A stretch of DNA of 64,000 nt, taken from the NCBI GenBank assembly GCA_001643675.2, contig LSRY02000009.1, forward strand, positions 1,488,001 through 1,552,000, in the 5' to 3' direction. The position numbers were made by a program, and so were the translations under genes. Of this stretch, positions 39,101-52,987 are shown one piece after another (the first letter of the stretch is position 1; the number at the start of each line of letters is the position of its first letter). The notes under the pieces were generated by a model. It was given only the letters and a program-made list of their open reading frames with translations, did not search any database and was not told where the DNA came from. The DNA comes from Monocercomonoides exilis PA203. Taxonomy: Eukaryota > Protista > Preaxostyla.

Positions 39101-42100
39101 AAGAAGAAAGGCAGATAGGAAGAGAAAGACATGGAGAAGAAGAACGAGCGAAAAGGAGAAGCAAAGAAGCCGTCGGAAATGAAGATGGCTTCAGAATTGA
39201 AATAAAGCCTCAACAACAACCACACAAAGAAGTCGAATACAAAGAAGAAAAAAAAATGCGACTTGTATTGAAGGCTCTACTGTTCTGTGGACCAGCGATC
39301 TTTACGATTTATAACACAACATACTCACTATCGACAAGAAAACTTAGCAGAGTCGAATTCTTCAGTTGCGGCCGAAGCGTTTCAAACTCTTTCAGAGATA
39401 CAACACAAGTTGTCTGAAAATAAGCGTGAGGAAAAAGTCAACAAGAAGGCAACGAAAATGCTTTAACATCTTTCATTGAAGCAGAAAAGAATGAGATAAA
39501 ACAGCTTTTTTGCAACTGGAGAAGAAAGTTTTATATTGTCGAACCTGTTGTTGGGAATACAGAAGCTGAAGTGATGAAATACACAAGCGAGTGAGATCAA
39601 CGTTATACAGAAAGAGAAAAAGAAAGAGAAAGGAAAAGAAAGAGAACTGGATTTGATTTGGATTCATTTTTGGCATTTCAAACAGGCAATGTGAGTCATT
39701 TTGACAATATAACATAGAGAGAAAGAAGATGTATAATGTGTGAAGGAAAGGTGCTTCAAGTTGTTTGCCGCAAAGTTGATGAGCCTCCAGTGTCAACAAT
39801 ACGTGAAACCAATATGAAAAAATTGCAGGAACACTTAATTAAAAAGAGAAAGAAAAAAAATGAACAAAAGTTGACGAATATTAAAAATAAACTTTCGAGC
39901 AGGTTTTTTGGTTCACAAAAGAAGTCATATGAAGACGATGAAGTGAAATCCTCTTGCAGATTTGCACTTGCAAACGAAGAGGTTTCAGAATAATGTGCGA
40001 ATAATTATGGTCAGATTCCAACAAAAGAATACATACAAGAGCTAACAAAAATAAGTGCAATACATCCCACTGTTCAGAATCAGAGCAGAGGTTACTATGA
40101 AATCCACAGATTCACTCGCTCGCCTGATTCTTCACCTTCTGGGTATGTCTGCGATTTTATCATTCCTGTTCTTACGGCTGATCCTCGCCCTACATTCTGT
40201 TATGTGCTTTTTACTCTTCCGCTTTCTATTTCTGAGGTTCTTTCTTCGAAGATATCGTGTAGAGCCGATCATCAAAGAAATTGTTAAGCTTTCTTCGAAG
40301 ATCACTGTTTGTAAATAAAAGTGGATCGATACAAATTCAAACGAAGAGATGAATTGCAATTGAAAGAACATGTTCACAAAGCATGCAATATCAAAAGAAG
40401 AAGAAGAAGAAGATGGAATTAAAGAGAAAGAATATTCGAGAAATACAACAAAAGTTGCGACTATTGAATCGACGGATTGAATGGCTTGCAGATACTCCAA
40501 AAAGAGCAGAAGAGGAGTTGGAAAGCCCACTCAGAGCGAAACGATGGCTAAAAGAGATTGTGGAAGGAGAGTACATCGCAGCAAAGGCGATGAAGTTGAC
40601 TGTTCCACTTCATCCTGGAGCGTATTGGTGCACGGAAACAGAAGCCGAAGCCTGGGAGTGGATCAAAGATGCTGCGAAAGAGAAGCACATATCGTTGGAC
40701 GATCGCGTTTCAATCACAGAATTCTTTTCTATCAATTCGGATCATTGCTTCTTTGAACGTTTGACTGAACTTCAAACACTGACTAAGTTTCTCATAGGAA
40801 TGTTTAAGCCGGTGAGGATTTTCGGAAAAATATTGAATGGAGAGTAGAGAATAAAATGATGGGAGATGTTTGAAAGGCTGAAGGAGCTGAAAGAAAACAG
40901 AGAGACAATTCAGCGTGTTGTCAAAAGAAGACAAGAATGGACAATGCGACGAGCAATGCAAAAAGAGGCAGAAAGAATAAAGGACCAAGACAGAATGACG
41001 TGGGGTTATTAGCACCCTCTCAAAAAAGAGCACAAAGTGTTGATCCGCATGCAGATACCAGCGAGCTTTGATCAAAAGCTCAAGGTTCTCAACTCTCTTA
41101 CTTTTGAACAGAAGCAAAAGTTGTATCGGTGGCCGAACCGAACGACAAAGATATCAGAAGAAAAAGCATGACAAAGCAGTAATTCGGAAGTTCAAACGAG
41201 AAAAGCTGCGAGAGATTAAGGATCGTCTCAGCAAAAAGACATTTTTGACACGATTGGAGAGGAAAGACGAGGAGAAAAAGGAGTTGGACAACTTGAACCA
41301 TCTTCTGAAGCAAAAAGCAGCACATCTCAAATACCAGAAACAAGAAGAAAAGAATTCCTTCCTGAAGACAATTGACAAATTTTTGAATGGAAGCCAAAGA
41401 GGTCGCAGCGAGATGCTTGAAACACAAGCTCTTTTTTCATTAAAAAGAAGGATTAGTTCGAAGGTGAAGAATATCAATTACTCTGTCTTCGTCATCGTCA
41501 GCATCCATGTCGCCATCTCTGGTCCTTTCACCTTATTCCTCCTCTTTAAATTCAGAGTCTCCTTTCAGTCATTCATCTGCTCATCCGCTTTTTTTGTCGC
41601 CTCATCGTTTGCGATGCCATCACCACCACATCCACTTTCATCATCCCAAAAATCACGGAAAGAGCACACAGAAAACTTAAAATTCTGTATTTAATGCAAA
41701 GAAAGCTGTTTCCCCAGAAGAGAAATCGAAACGGAAGCAAATTCCAAAAGCGAAGAACCTAATTTCACCATCTTTGGAAAAGGAGAAGTTTAATAGCGAT
41801 GAAAGAGACAACCAAATTACATCGAATGAAGAAACTAGCTTTGCTTGGAAGATCTTCCATGCTCAATTTATTGGATCGCAATTCATTATCACCTTCATCT
41901 TCATACTCATCATACACTTCTCCTTCTCGCTCATTCTCAACTAGCTATGAGTCCACTTCGTCCATCTGTTCCACTCGTTCGTGTGTTGAGCTTCCGTGGA
42001 AGGAGGCTGCAGAGTATTCAAAGTCAGACGAAGAATGGATACTCCATGTACGACATGTCAGAAAGATGGAGAAGAGAATATCCAACAGGCAGCAAAAATA

Positions 42101-43750
42101 GCAGAGCTGGACAGAAAACAAGAACTGAAAAGAAGACTGAGCGGGAAGCTCAGAAAGGAGCAGAGACTTCTCTTAAATGGATGCAGCATGTGAGCTAGCT
42201 CTGCAAGATCAATGACAACATAAGAATAAAGATGAAGATAAAAGAAGAGCGGAGGAAACCTATTTCCGGAGAAGCTAAAGCAGAGGTAAAGAAAGCGATT
42301 GATGGACTGAAGCGACAAAAAGAAGAAATGCAGAAGGAACACACTTCAATCGAAAAACAGCGCTCGAAATTGATTGATCAAATTGTTGAGCTGAGAAAGA
42401 GAATCAACAAACTATCTTTGTCAACTTCTTTAAAGAAAGAGCCTTATGAAAAGAAGATGATGAAAGTGGAACAAAAAATCCTAAAAAAGACAAGGAGTTG
42501 TGAAGAAGAAATTAACCGAGAAATGAATGAAAAGCAAACAAAAAGCAATTTTGCTTAAAACGATAAAAAAAAGCTATCAAAAATTCAACCAGAAGACACT
42601 ACAAATTTTATTCCTCTTGCAACAATTGCCAGCACTTTGGATTCATAAAAGAAGGAAGAAAAGGTTGCAAAAGCCGAAAACGATTACAAAAAAGATGAAA
42701 CAAAAACAGATAGAAAGCCAAAAGATGAATTGGAAGAAAATAAAGAAGACACTGAGCTCAAAGAAAAAGAACTATCAAAGCAAACTGAGGAGGAAAAGGG
42801 AAATGAGGAAAGCTCAATTCTTAGCAACGGGGATCTGTTAACATCACAACAAACTCAGAAAGAGCCTGAAGAGCAAATATTAGTGAAGACCTATGAAGTT
42901 TTTATCGAAGAAGCCACGAGCATAGTGAGCACAGCTACCCAATCAGAATTCATTGAAATAATAGGCACAAGTTTGAAGACTTCGAAGCGTTCATCGACGT
43001 CTCCAAAAGACAACGAGGAAGACGACGATGATAACCTTCCATTTTCTCGTCTGTGAAATGGAACAGCCTCTCCGCGAACGAGGCTGTATCCTTCGTCCTG
43101 CCTCACATCTTCTATTGTCGCTTCAATGAATCGCAGCAACGATTACGTTTCTCCATCAACACAGGCATCCTTCTTCTCTGCTCTCTCAACGCTGATTTCT
43201 GAGCTGCGCAGCGAATACCCTTCTCCACCGCGTTCACGCTCGCCCAGAAAGCCCTTCCTCCTTCTCCTCCATCGCCCCCCTTCTTGAATTATTTGAAATC
43301 ACAAAGACACAGAGAAAGAAGATCTGGACTCGGAAAAGGGTCAAAGCGGCTCGAAAGAGCAGCAGAAAGGCTGTTGGAGATGATGAGCGAGCGGCTTCGC
43401 ACTGAATCAAGAGGGAATCTGTAAAAAGGAACAAAAGAAAGCTGAGTCAGCTGAAGAAGATTCTGGATGAAGGTGAATAGGGGAACAAGAGAGACAACGG
43501 TCTGAGCGACAGGATTTGGCAAATGGCGATGAAGATGGACTAGATGGGGAGAAGCAGAATTCATCACCATTGGAAAAGAAACAACAGTGACGACTGCTAT
43601 TCAGGCGGAGACTTGGACGGAGACTTGGATGAGATTGAAATGCTGTGGAAAATTAGGCAGTTGGAGTTGGATCGTTTACGAGATAATCAAAAAGAAGGTT
43701 CGTTAACAGATAGCGAACAAATCGAGAAAGACAGAAGATTATGATGAAAA
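36130..43750 (+). pseudogene. Large decayed hypothetical gene(s) (Ser-rich and Lys/Glu coiled-coil segments); cargo of element C
   Basis: Chain of plus ORFs 36241, 36721, 37097, 38072, 38704, 39736, 40383, 41068, 41799, 42232, 42730, 43544, separated by stops and frameshifts. Confidence 0.55.
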
Positions 43751-43888
43751 TTTATAATTGGTTGAATTATTTGAACAATTGTTTATAAGACGATAAACAT
43801 TTGAAATGGAAAAAATAAATAAATAAAGTTGCAAGTCGATGCGTGTTGTCAAAATCTGATGAACTCAAAATGTCTGCAATGATACTAA

Positions 43889-46800
43889 TTAAGTGGAACT
43901 GGAACCATTATCTTCTTCATCTTCATAATCTTCTTCATCATCATTGTCTTCTTCATTATCTTTTTCTTCTTCTTCTTCGTCTTCATCTTCGTCTTCATCT
44001 TTGTCTTCATCTTCGTCTTCATCTTCATCTTCATCTTCGTCTTCGTCTTCTTCATCAGAAAGAATAACAGCTTCCTTCCTTCTTTCATCATCTTCAACAT
44101 CCCACCTGCAAACATTATTTGGATGATTGAAACTTTGTTCTTCACTTGATTCTTCACTTTCTTCTGTTGTTTCATCTTTTCTTCCAAATAATTCCGATCT
44201 TGTATGCTTTTGTTTCTCTCCTTCAAATCTGCCTTGAATTAGAGAAAGTGTCTGTTTCCCAGTTGGAACAGACACGCAAGAATACTTCTTGCTTGTAACT
44301 TGCTTTTGTCTTCTCTCGAAGGAAACAGCAACCCTCACTTCACTCCATCTTGTATTCTCTTCTTCGTTGAATGGAGCAGCGAAAATTCTTCCTTCTTCGC
44401 TGCTCCATAAAAGATTTAATTTTAAATCTTTAACCCTCAGCTTCGGTGAGACTCTCACCTGAAGCCGAGGGGAGTATGGGAGGAAGTGCCTAATGATGGA
44501 GGCACTTCCTATCTCATCTGTTGATGAGCTGAATCTTTTTTTAAAAAAAGAGATTAGCTCATCAACAGATGAGATGTCCTCTCGAGAGTTCTGTGCTTCT
44601 CTCGAGAGGACCCCAAACTCTCCATCAACCTCGCTTTTTCCGTGTCCTTCTGCAAAGAAGGAAAGCGAGGTTGATGAGAATTTCTTGAAAATGGAAGATG
44701 TGGGATGGAGCACGAAGTGGAGGAATGCTCCATTTCGAAAGTGTGGACCGCAATCAGCCCACACTTTCAGGCATGATCCTGAGTGGAAGTGTGTTTTGGA
44801 AATGATGTTTGAAAGAGAGACTTGAAGACAATCAATTGCGTATCTACTGTCTTTTGATAAAACAGTGGAAAAAAAGTGAAAACATTCTTTTTCTATTGTT
44901 TTGTTTTGAGTAAAATACGCAATTATCCCAAGGTGGGAAATTTCTTTCTTTTTATAGAAATCTCTGCTTATTTGCGTTTGTTTGATGGGGAGTGTCCAGT
45001 TTTGTTTGAAATCAAGCAAAACCAGTACCTCCCCATCCTTCAGCTGATCTGAACAATTATGGAAACATTTTCTTTGCTTTTTTTGAATAATTTCATGAAT
45101 ATTCAAAGTGTGTAATTCATCTTTTTCTTTCTTTGATAATGAATGAGTTTTCATTCTATTTTCCAAACATTCCTTTCTATAGCACAAATTGCAATAATCT
45201 GTTCTCTTTTTTGATTTTTTAATATGTCTTGTCATCTTGAAGAATGTTGAAAAACTCATTTTTACACCTATTTCTTTCATCATTTGTTTCCATAACTCGC
45301 GTTTGGTTCCAAAATAAATTCTTTCTTCATTTTCAAACCACATATTTCTTCTCAATGGCATTTTATGATCGAATTTGTTATAAACATTTAATTCAAATAA
45401 TTTCTTGTTGTGGTTTATTAATTGTGATAAATGTTTTGTTTCAAAATCGCTTGTGTTATCGATTGAATCTTCACATTGAATATTAACTTCTAATCTACCA
45501 TCTTTATCATATATTACAGAATGCTGAATGTTACATATATCATTGTTTATCAAATGATTTAAAACATATTCATTATGCACCCGTACATTGTTTAGAATAC
45601 AATAATCTAATGAACAATTTGAAGATGAAAACGAGTGGGGAGTGAGGGGAGAGGTGGAGGAAGATGGGGAAGATGATGAAAATGAGTGGGGAGTGAGGGG
45701 AGAGGTGGAGGAAGATGGGGAAGATGATGAAAATGAGTGGGGAGTGAGGGGAGAGGTGGAGGAAGATGGGGAAGATGATGAAAATGAGTGGGGAGTGAGG
45801 GGAGAGGTGGAGGAAGATGGGGAAGATGATGAAAATGAGTGGGGAGTGAGGGGAGAGGTGGAGGAAGATGGGGAAGATGATGAAAATGAGTGGGGAGTGA
45901 GGGGAGAGGTGGAGGAAGATGGGGAAGATGATGAAAATGAGTGGGGAGTGAGGGGAGAGGTGGAGGAAGATGGGGAAGATGATGAAAATGAGTGGGGAGT
46001 GAGGGGAGAGGTGGAGGAAGATGGGGAAGATGATGAAAATGAGTGGGGAGTGAGGGGAGAGGTGGAGGAAGATGGGGAAGATGATGAAAATGAGTGGGGA
46101 GTGAGGGGAGAGGTGGAGGAAGATGGGGAAGATGATGAAAATGAGTGGGGAGTGAGGGGAGAGGTGGAGGAATAGGAGAAAATTGGTGTTGAAGAATGGA
46201 AATTGGATGGAGATGAAGAGATTGATAAATTAAATGGATGAAGTATTTGATGAATTTTGTCAGTGAAATTGTTTGAATGGATTGGTGATGATGAATGATT
46301 TATGTTTTGTGTATTTTCTGATGTCTGAATAAAAATTTTGTTTAAATTATATATTATTATATTTATGTCAATTATTTGAGAAACAAACGTGAATGTGTTT
46401 TGTTTTATTGAATGATTTTTCTGATTTCCTGTTTTTAACTGTGAAATATTTTATTGACATAGGTTTGCTGTTTTGTATTTCTTTTGCTTCTTTTTGCATG
46501 TTGCAAATGAAATCTTCTGAAGTGTTCGTTGTTGTTTTATTTGTCAGAAAATTCATGTCATCATCACTTAAATGATCCACAATTTTGTCTCTTTTTTTCA
46601 ACGAAGACTGACAACTTTCCGTGGTGTGCTCTTTCAGCCACCATTCACAAAACAAAAAAGAATACAATGATAAAGCTAATATATTTATTAAAAAAACGAT
46701 TAAAAAAACAAAATGATCAAACGTCTTTTTGTCTTTGGTAGAGAGGGTTTTGATGAATGACAAATCGAATAACCATTCATCCTAAGCATTTTTTTTGCAT

Positions 46801-47181
46801 GTTTAATTTGATTGATAGAACAATTCCATCCGGCTTTTAATAAATCGCAACTTTCAACTGCATTCAGGAATGTTTGCAACAAAAGCGTTTTGTTTTTCTT
46901 ATCAAAAATATCAAATAGAAATCCGGCGTAAAGCAAAATTTTATTGAATTTCTCTTTGTTAATAAGAAAAAATGATAAATGATAAATATGTTTCTAAATA
47001 TATTATTTCTACCATTTAATATTTCATTGAAATATTGCAGAACTTCTTTTCCTTTAAAAGAATGTTCCAAGTAATACAACAATAAGATATTTTCTTCGTT
47101 TTTAGATATTTGCTTTAAATAAATATCGAGTTGATCACAAATTTGCGATTTTCGACTTGGTGATAATTCTGAAAATGTCAT
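43889..47181 (-). CDS. Sola-like (Sola2-type motifs) DDD transposase, predicted 4 exons, 1040 aa
   Basis: Exons 47181-47013, 46953-46723, 46675-46389, 46324-43889 joined by GT-AG introns (59, 47, 64 nt) give 3123 nt in one frame; DYCNLC..H..H, LLDFKQNW, WADCGPHFRN, FFAEGHGKSEVDGEFG; acidic tail. Confidence 0.8.
45624..46171. repeat. 51-bp tandem repeat, ~10.7 near-identical copies, inside transposase exon 4
   Basis: Unit GAGTGGGGAGTGAGGGGAGAGGTGGAGGAAGATGGGGAAGATGATGAAAAT; reads SSTSPLTPHSFSSSSPS in the transposase frame. Confidence 0.95.
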
Positions 47182-47625
47182 TTTTTGTTTCTTTAAATAT
47201 TATAATGGTAATATTCCTCTTTTAATTTTGTGATCATTTTTGATCTTTTGTGGGACAAAATTAAAGTCGTGGAACTTTTCAAAAAAATTTAGACATATTC
47301 AAGTTTTTGAAATTAAAGGAAAGAACCTTTGAAAAAAATATATGAGAAATGACAAGCAAAATTGACTCGTTTGTCAATTTGCCATTGACAGATTAAAAAG
47401 GGGAGGGGAAAAAAATCAAATTTGACAGGCATAACTTGATTGTTTGTGCAATCCAACAAAAGGATTGTGCTTAACTTTAAATATAAAAGCAAACATTAAA
47501 ATAAAGATCAACAGAAACTAAATCTCTCAAACTTTAATTGTCAAAATAAATAAATAGATAGATATTTCGAGTTATAAATACCCAATTAACGAGTGTGTCA
47601 ATTTCTGTTCTTTCATTTGAAGGAA

Positions 47626-48745
47626 TTATTTATTAGCAACCTGATAAATAAGCTGAAGCATTCTATTGAAAGCTTCAACCACCATTTCGAGAAGCGCCTG
47701 CTTCGCTTCCCCAGCAACGTTACCTTCAATCCCATTGCATTCAACCCACATTTGCTCAAACACACATGCCAAAAACACAAAGTCTCCCAGAGTGAAAAGA
47801 TGTGCTTTGTCCACAAATACACTTTCACATTTTTCTGTGTTCATATCCTCATTCTTTCTTGTAGATGGGCAACTGATCTCCGATTGTGACCCGCTCTTCT
47901 TCCCTTCTTCCTCCCCTTCTCCAGGAACAAACAAAGGATTCAAATAAAACAACCCTGCACCTCCATATGACCCTCTTGCTTTCCCCTTTCCAATCTTCTC
48001 CAGCTGCTTTGAATAGCTCAACTGTCCATCTTCAGCTTTCTCCGCCTCATTTCCAGCCTCTCCCAGAACCTTAACACGCTTTCCATCCCATCCAAGCAAT
48101 GCGTGCTCTTCAACAGCAGATAGCTCTGCAATTGGCAGGAAAGCGGGCTCCTTTGACGAAGGATGAGCCTGGTGCGTGTTCAGACCAAAGCGCAGCAGGA
48201 AAGAAGAAAGGATCGTTGTCTGCTGCGGAAGAGGAAGGGACAAAAAGAGGTTAATTTGGTTCAGGAGATGCGAGGAAAAGAAGGATTTAAGAGATGCAAG
48301 CGTTGCCAACAAACAATTCAACGTGCAACAATTAGATGGATGCAGAGACAGCTCTGTGCATTCTTCACCAGAATGAGAACAGTTATTGGCACTAAGCCAT
48401 TCACTCCCTTTTCCTTTCGAATTGCAACTTGTCTGTCTGTGAGCAAATATCGAACTCTCATACACCTTTTCATTGAACGTATCATGAACGCATGCATGCA
48501 AATTCTCATCCATTGAAAAAGTTGGCGAATAACGCAACTCTGAACGGGATCGCGTGAGAGATGTGATGCAGATCGGAATATCACCTGGAGGCGGCGTAAC
48601 AGAAGCAACATATTCCCGCTCGAGAAGATATTGCAGCAAACTAAAAAATCAGACATTCATTTCATAAATGAAAAAAAAAAAATACAGTGCATTCGTTTTC
48701 CCAGATGAAATAACACCGAATGAAAGGAAACAAAAAACACAAAAA

Positions 48746-48781
<36 letters not shown>

Positions 48782-51769
48782 TTTTTTGATATTCAAATGG
48801 GAATATACATATATGCCCATTCCCCAAATATTAAATATTCTCATGAACAACAATCAAGCAAATAAATGAATGCAAACTCTTCTTCAGTCACTTCGTGCTT
48901 CACTTTCTCTTTAATAGCTGAAATCGTCTCCTTGCTGAACATCCCCATTTCCTTCGCTAATTGAACAATAAGCTGCCTCACAGAAGTCGAATGGTCCTCT
49001 CCCAAATTGAACACTCTCAGCAAGTCTTCCACTGCAACTGACGAACTGCCAGACAAACCCGTAGTCAAACTCGTTTTCTCGCTTTTCTCTTCTTCTGCAC
49101 TTCTTTCTTTCGAGAGCGCCAATTCTTTCTCTTTTCTCATCTGGCTCCTCAATCGCTCTGCTCTGTCCAAGCTCAGGCATATTCCATCCACAATGTCCCT
49201 CACATTCGTATAATCCCTTCTGAACGACCCGTCCCCATACATCGTCACTTTCTCCTTCCCTTCTGAATGCAGCATCCGAGTGAAGCAGGGAATCGCCATG
49301 TCAATCCGCCCCATTGCCGAGCTGCCCAGCACCTCGCCATCAACAGTGAAAAATCGGAGCCCTGTGAAGACAGGTGGAATTGGCGAGTGCGCAAGCACTG
49401 AAGATGGAATGAATGTGGACACGGGAGGAGAAGGAGGCGCTGTTGTTGATATCATGGGAGTGTGGGTTAATTTCGATATAAATTCAGCGGCTTGCCTTTC
49501 GTTTTCAACCTTTTGTGAAACAAGGAAGGAAGAATGCAAAAATGAAAAATGAAAAATGAAAAAAAGACTCAACAATATCCTCAAGTTATCTTACAACCAC
49601 AAATAAATATACAAAAGCATTCAACTTTCTCACTCACACATCTCTTCACACTTTTGTATCCGCGTATATGCATTCAGGTGGCCCAACGCAAAGATGCTCT
49701 GCACAAAGTCCGTCTTTCATCTTTCCATACACAGAACTTGAAGAGGCATACACAATGCTCTGTGTGCCCCACCCTTCTCCTCTCTTCCCATCGCTCCAGT
49801 CTCCCACAGCCAGCTCAAACACATTTTGTGTCGTCAACACATTTTCTGATCTGAAAAGCTCCGGATACAGCATCGACGACCGAACACCAGCACGCGCTGC
49901 CAGATGAACAATATACGGAATGCGCACTTTCGTTTTCGATTCTGAATGAATCTGGCTATTGTCATTCGCTTTGTCCTCTGAAACAGGACATTTCACTCCA
50001 GTGACATATTTGTATGCTTTTTCAATTTTCGCGTGAAATCCTTCTTTGTCTCGCAAATCGTGGTAAATGAACACAAAATTCGTCAAAAGCGATATAACCC
50101 CTGTTCCGTTGCTGTCTTCACTTCCTGCCTCTTTCTTTTCTCCTCCTCTCTCTTCTTTCCATCTCTTCCCTCCAACCGCACGAGCCACTTCTTCCAGCCT
50201 TGCAATCGCATGTTCCTTGATTGACGATGAATAAAAATCATTCAGCGAGTCAACTGCAATCACAGCAACCCCGCTCATCAGAAGTCTGTGGCACACCCAA
50301 GACCCAATAAAGCCAGCTGCTCCTGTCACAAGCGCAATTTTTGGCGGATCGCTTGACTCAATTGAGGACGACTGCGCAACAGACACGCTCTCATTATCAA
50401 CAGAAGAAGTCAAAAGCGAAGCTGGGAGGAATAAAGAAGGAGGCGGTATGGGGCGGAGCAAGAAGGCCAACGACTCCGATTCCTTCTTAATCGCTTCCCT
50501 TTCCTGTTGTTTGCCATTCTCCTTCTCTTCCTTCTCTTCCTTCTCTTCCTTCTCGGCTTTTCTTTCGCCTTCTTTTCCGCTGCAATCGTTTCCCCGCGCA
50601 CACACACATGAAGGCAAGCGCAGCGCATTCACAGCCGCACGCAATTCCCTCAGCGAATCAAAAAGCCTCGCTTTTGGCGCTCAGCAGGTAGAATCCTCTC
50701 AATCATACCTAAAAGAGCAGTGGCATCTGTTTTGACCGACTTGAGATCAGGCTCATCCTTTGTGAATGTTTGGCACAGAGAATAAACGAGCGAATGAAAA
50801 GTGGAAGAACCCGAAGAACCCGAAGGAGCAGAAGCAGAAGCAGAAGCAGAAGCAGAAGCAGAAGCAGAAGCAGAAGCAGAAGCAGAAGAAAAAATCTGTC
50901 AGTTTCTGATTCCATTCAGAAAATTCTGTCATCTTTTTCGAAACAATCTCAACCAGTGAAAGCGGTGCAACACAAATCCCAGACGAAAGAGGGAACACCT
51001 CATTTTCTGAACCACAACTCGAGGAACTCCGTTCTTTTCCTTCCGAACTCGCTTTCCCCGCCGTTTCCACGCTGCATCCATTGCCCCCATCCTTCACAGC
51101 CTCCACTTTGTATACGCAACTCCCCTCCAGAAAGAAGAAAGCACATTCTTCTTGTTTCTTCTCAGTCTTCTGCGGAATTCCCGGCCAATGAAACTCCTTC
51201 CCGCCACAACATCTGACCGATTCACACAAACAAATCCCTTTTTCTGCTTTTCCATTCTTTTCAACCCCAGTCCACGGCAATGCACTCACAGGCAGCCACG
51301 CATCTCTTGCACAGTTCTTCATGCAGTAGACAAACGGATTTATCAGATCCAACGAAGACAAAACAGATGAAGACTCCAATGGCAATTTTTGTTCCTTCCC
51401 CAGATATTGCTCAACAAGCTCATCAATCAGTGTTCCAAGCAACGGATACGCTGCCTTCACTGCTCCAATCGTTGCAACACAGCCCTTTTCATCTCCTTCT
51501 TTTCCTTTCTTTTCCTTCTCTTCTATTGAGAATTCTGCTCCTTTCACTTTCTTCTTCATTTCCTCCACCGCTTCCCATATCACATCCATCCCTCCTTCTC
51601 TTTGTGTATTCTGCTCAGTCAGCGTGCCCGGGTGCGTCATCTCGTTCAGCAGAAGCCTGGGGTAATGTTTCTCATGCAAGTTCTACTCATTTTCACATCC
51701 ACACATATTCACAAAAATAAATGAATAACACACCAAAAATCATCATTTGCATTTTAAAAAAAAATGAAA

Positions 51770-51810
<41 letters not shown>

Positions 51811-52987
51811 TAAAAAAGAAAGATAGATAGAAAAGAAAAAAGTTTGATAATCACAAAATAATAATCACATAATTATTCTCAAAACCCCAACATACATATT
51901 TAACAAGAAGGAACGTAAGCTCTGCGCTAAATTGAACAATTCGAAGCTTCTCAACTTCGTCCTTCTCCAACTCTGCCTCTTTTCCAATCCGGAACAGCCA
52001 TCTGCTGCGTCCAGTTGCACCGCCGCTCAACACTGCCCCACACGAATCCTCCGCCTTCGATTCCTCACATTTGCTTTGCCCTCCACAGCGAACAATATTC
52101 TCGGTGAGCGGGTAAACAAGCGGATGCGAGTTTTCGCTTCGCGATGAATCAAATGACGGAAGATGCACAACAACATTCTGGCACCCTACAAAAAGCGCGC
52201 TCAAATACGCAGCAACCCCTTCGCCTTGGCGAGATCTTGGCTTCAGTCAAAATTTGAGGTTGTGCAAATTTTAATATCAAACAATAAAATTCACCCAATG
52301 ATTCACAAAAATATTTATAAAAAAATTATTTTTTTAACAAATAAAGAAAGAATAGAATGAAACAATAAACACATACCATTGCACTCAGCAGCATCTCCTT
52401 TATCGAACAAATAGAAGCTGCCAGCGAATTAACTTCCAGCACTGTCAAAATCGCTGCCAACAGCAAAAGCTCTTTCGAAATCTCCATCTTTTCCTAACAG
52501 ACATTTCAAAAAAAAAAAAAAAAAAAATGCCAAAGATAAAACTTCATCAATAATAACAAAAATAATGAAATCAAATTCGAAACCATCGGCATTTTATTTC
52601 GTGTGTATATTTTGAATGAAGCCCCAAGTTTTTTGTGCGGAAAATGCCTCTGCACCAATCCCAACGCTCTTTCAAAATACTCCTTTTCCAAAGCACCGCG
52701 GCAATCAATTGCGCAATCACATGATGCATCTTTAACTCTGTTTTTCGAAAACACCGCTTCGAGGAAGCAGTCCACAAGAATCACGTTTCGAGGCTTCGAC
52801 GCAAATGCCGGCAAAAACGAAGTTTCTCTTCGAAGTCCAGGTTCCAATCCACAAAACACCATTTCAACAACAACAAAAGCACAAAAACACAAGCACACCC
52901 AAGCTGAACTGGAAATGGCAAGGACAAATAATTCTGCGGATGCTCTCCAAATGCTTTGTAGAATTCGCTCGAAAGTTCTTTATTCAT
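47626..52987 (-). CDS. Second (inverted) copy of the UDP-sugar epimerase gene, with homopolymer indels
   Basis: ORFs 47626-48639, 48841-49584, 49646-50644, 50753-51679 match the left copy; +1 near 50890 and -1 near 50660 split the long exon. Confidence 0.75.

Larger units (their letters stand above)
35776..47294 (-). mobile_element. Sola-like cargo-carrying transposon C (11.5 kb), apparently autonomous
   Basis: TIRs GTCAAAATTTTTTTGAAAAGT / GTCTAAATTTTTTTGAAAAGT (20/21); ATAT at 35772-35775 and 47295-47298; empty site CAGC-ATAT-TCAAG on the minus strand at 30697-30709; contains a transposase. Confidence 0.92.

Noticed and set aside
45624-46175. CRISPR array, or the plus-strand 177-aa acidic ORF
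   Set aside because: Units are contiguous with no unique spacers and there are no cas genes; the plus ORF is the shadow of the in-frame minus-strand transposase exon
50644-50900. Programmed frameshift or true pseudogenisation of epimerase copy 2
   Set aside because: The indels are +1 and -1 in homopolymers and cannot be told apart from consensus errors
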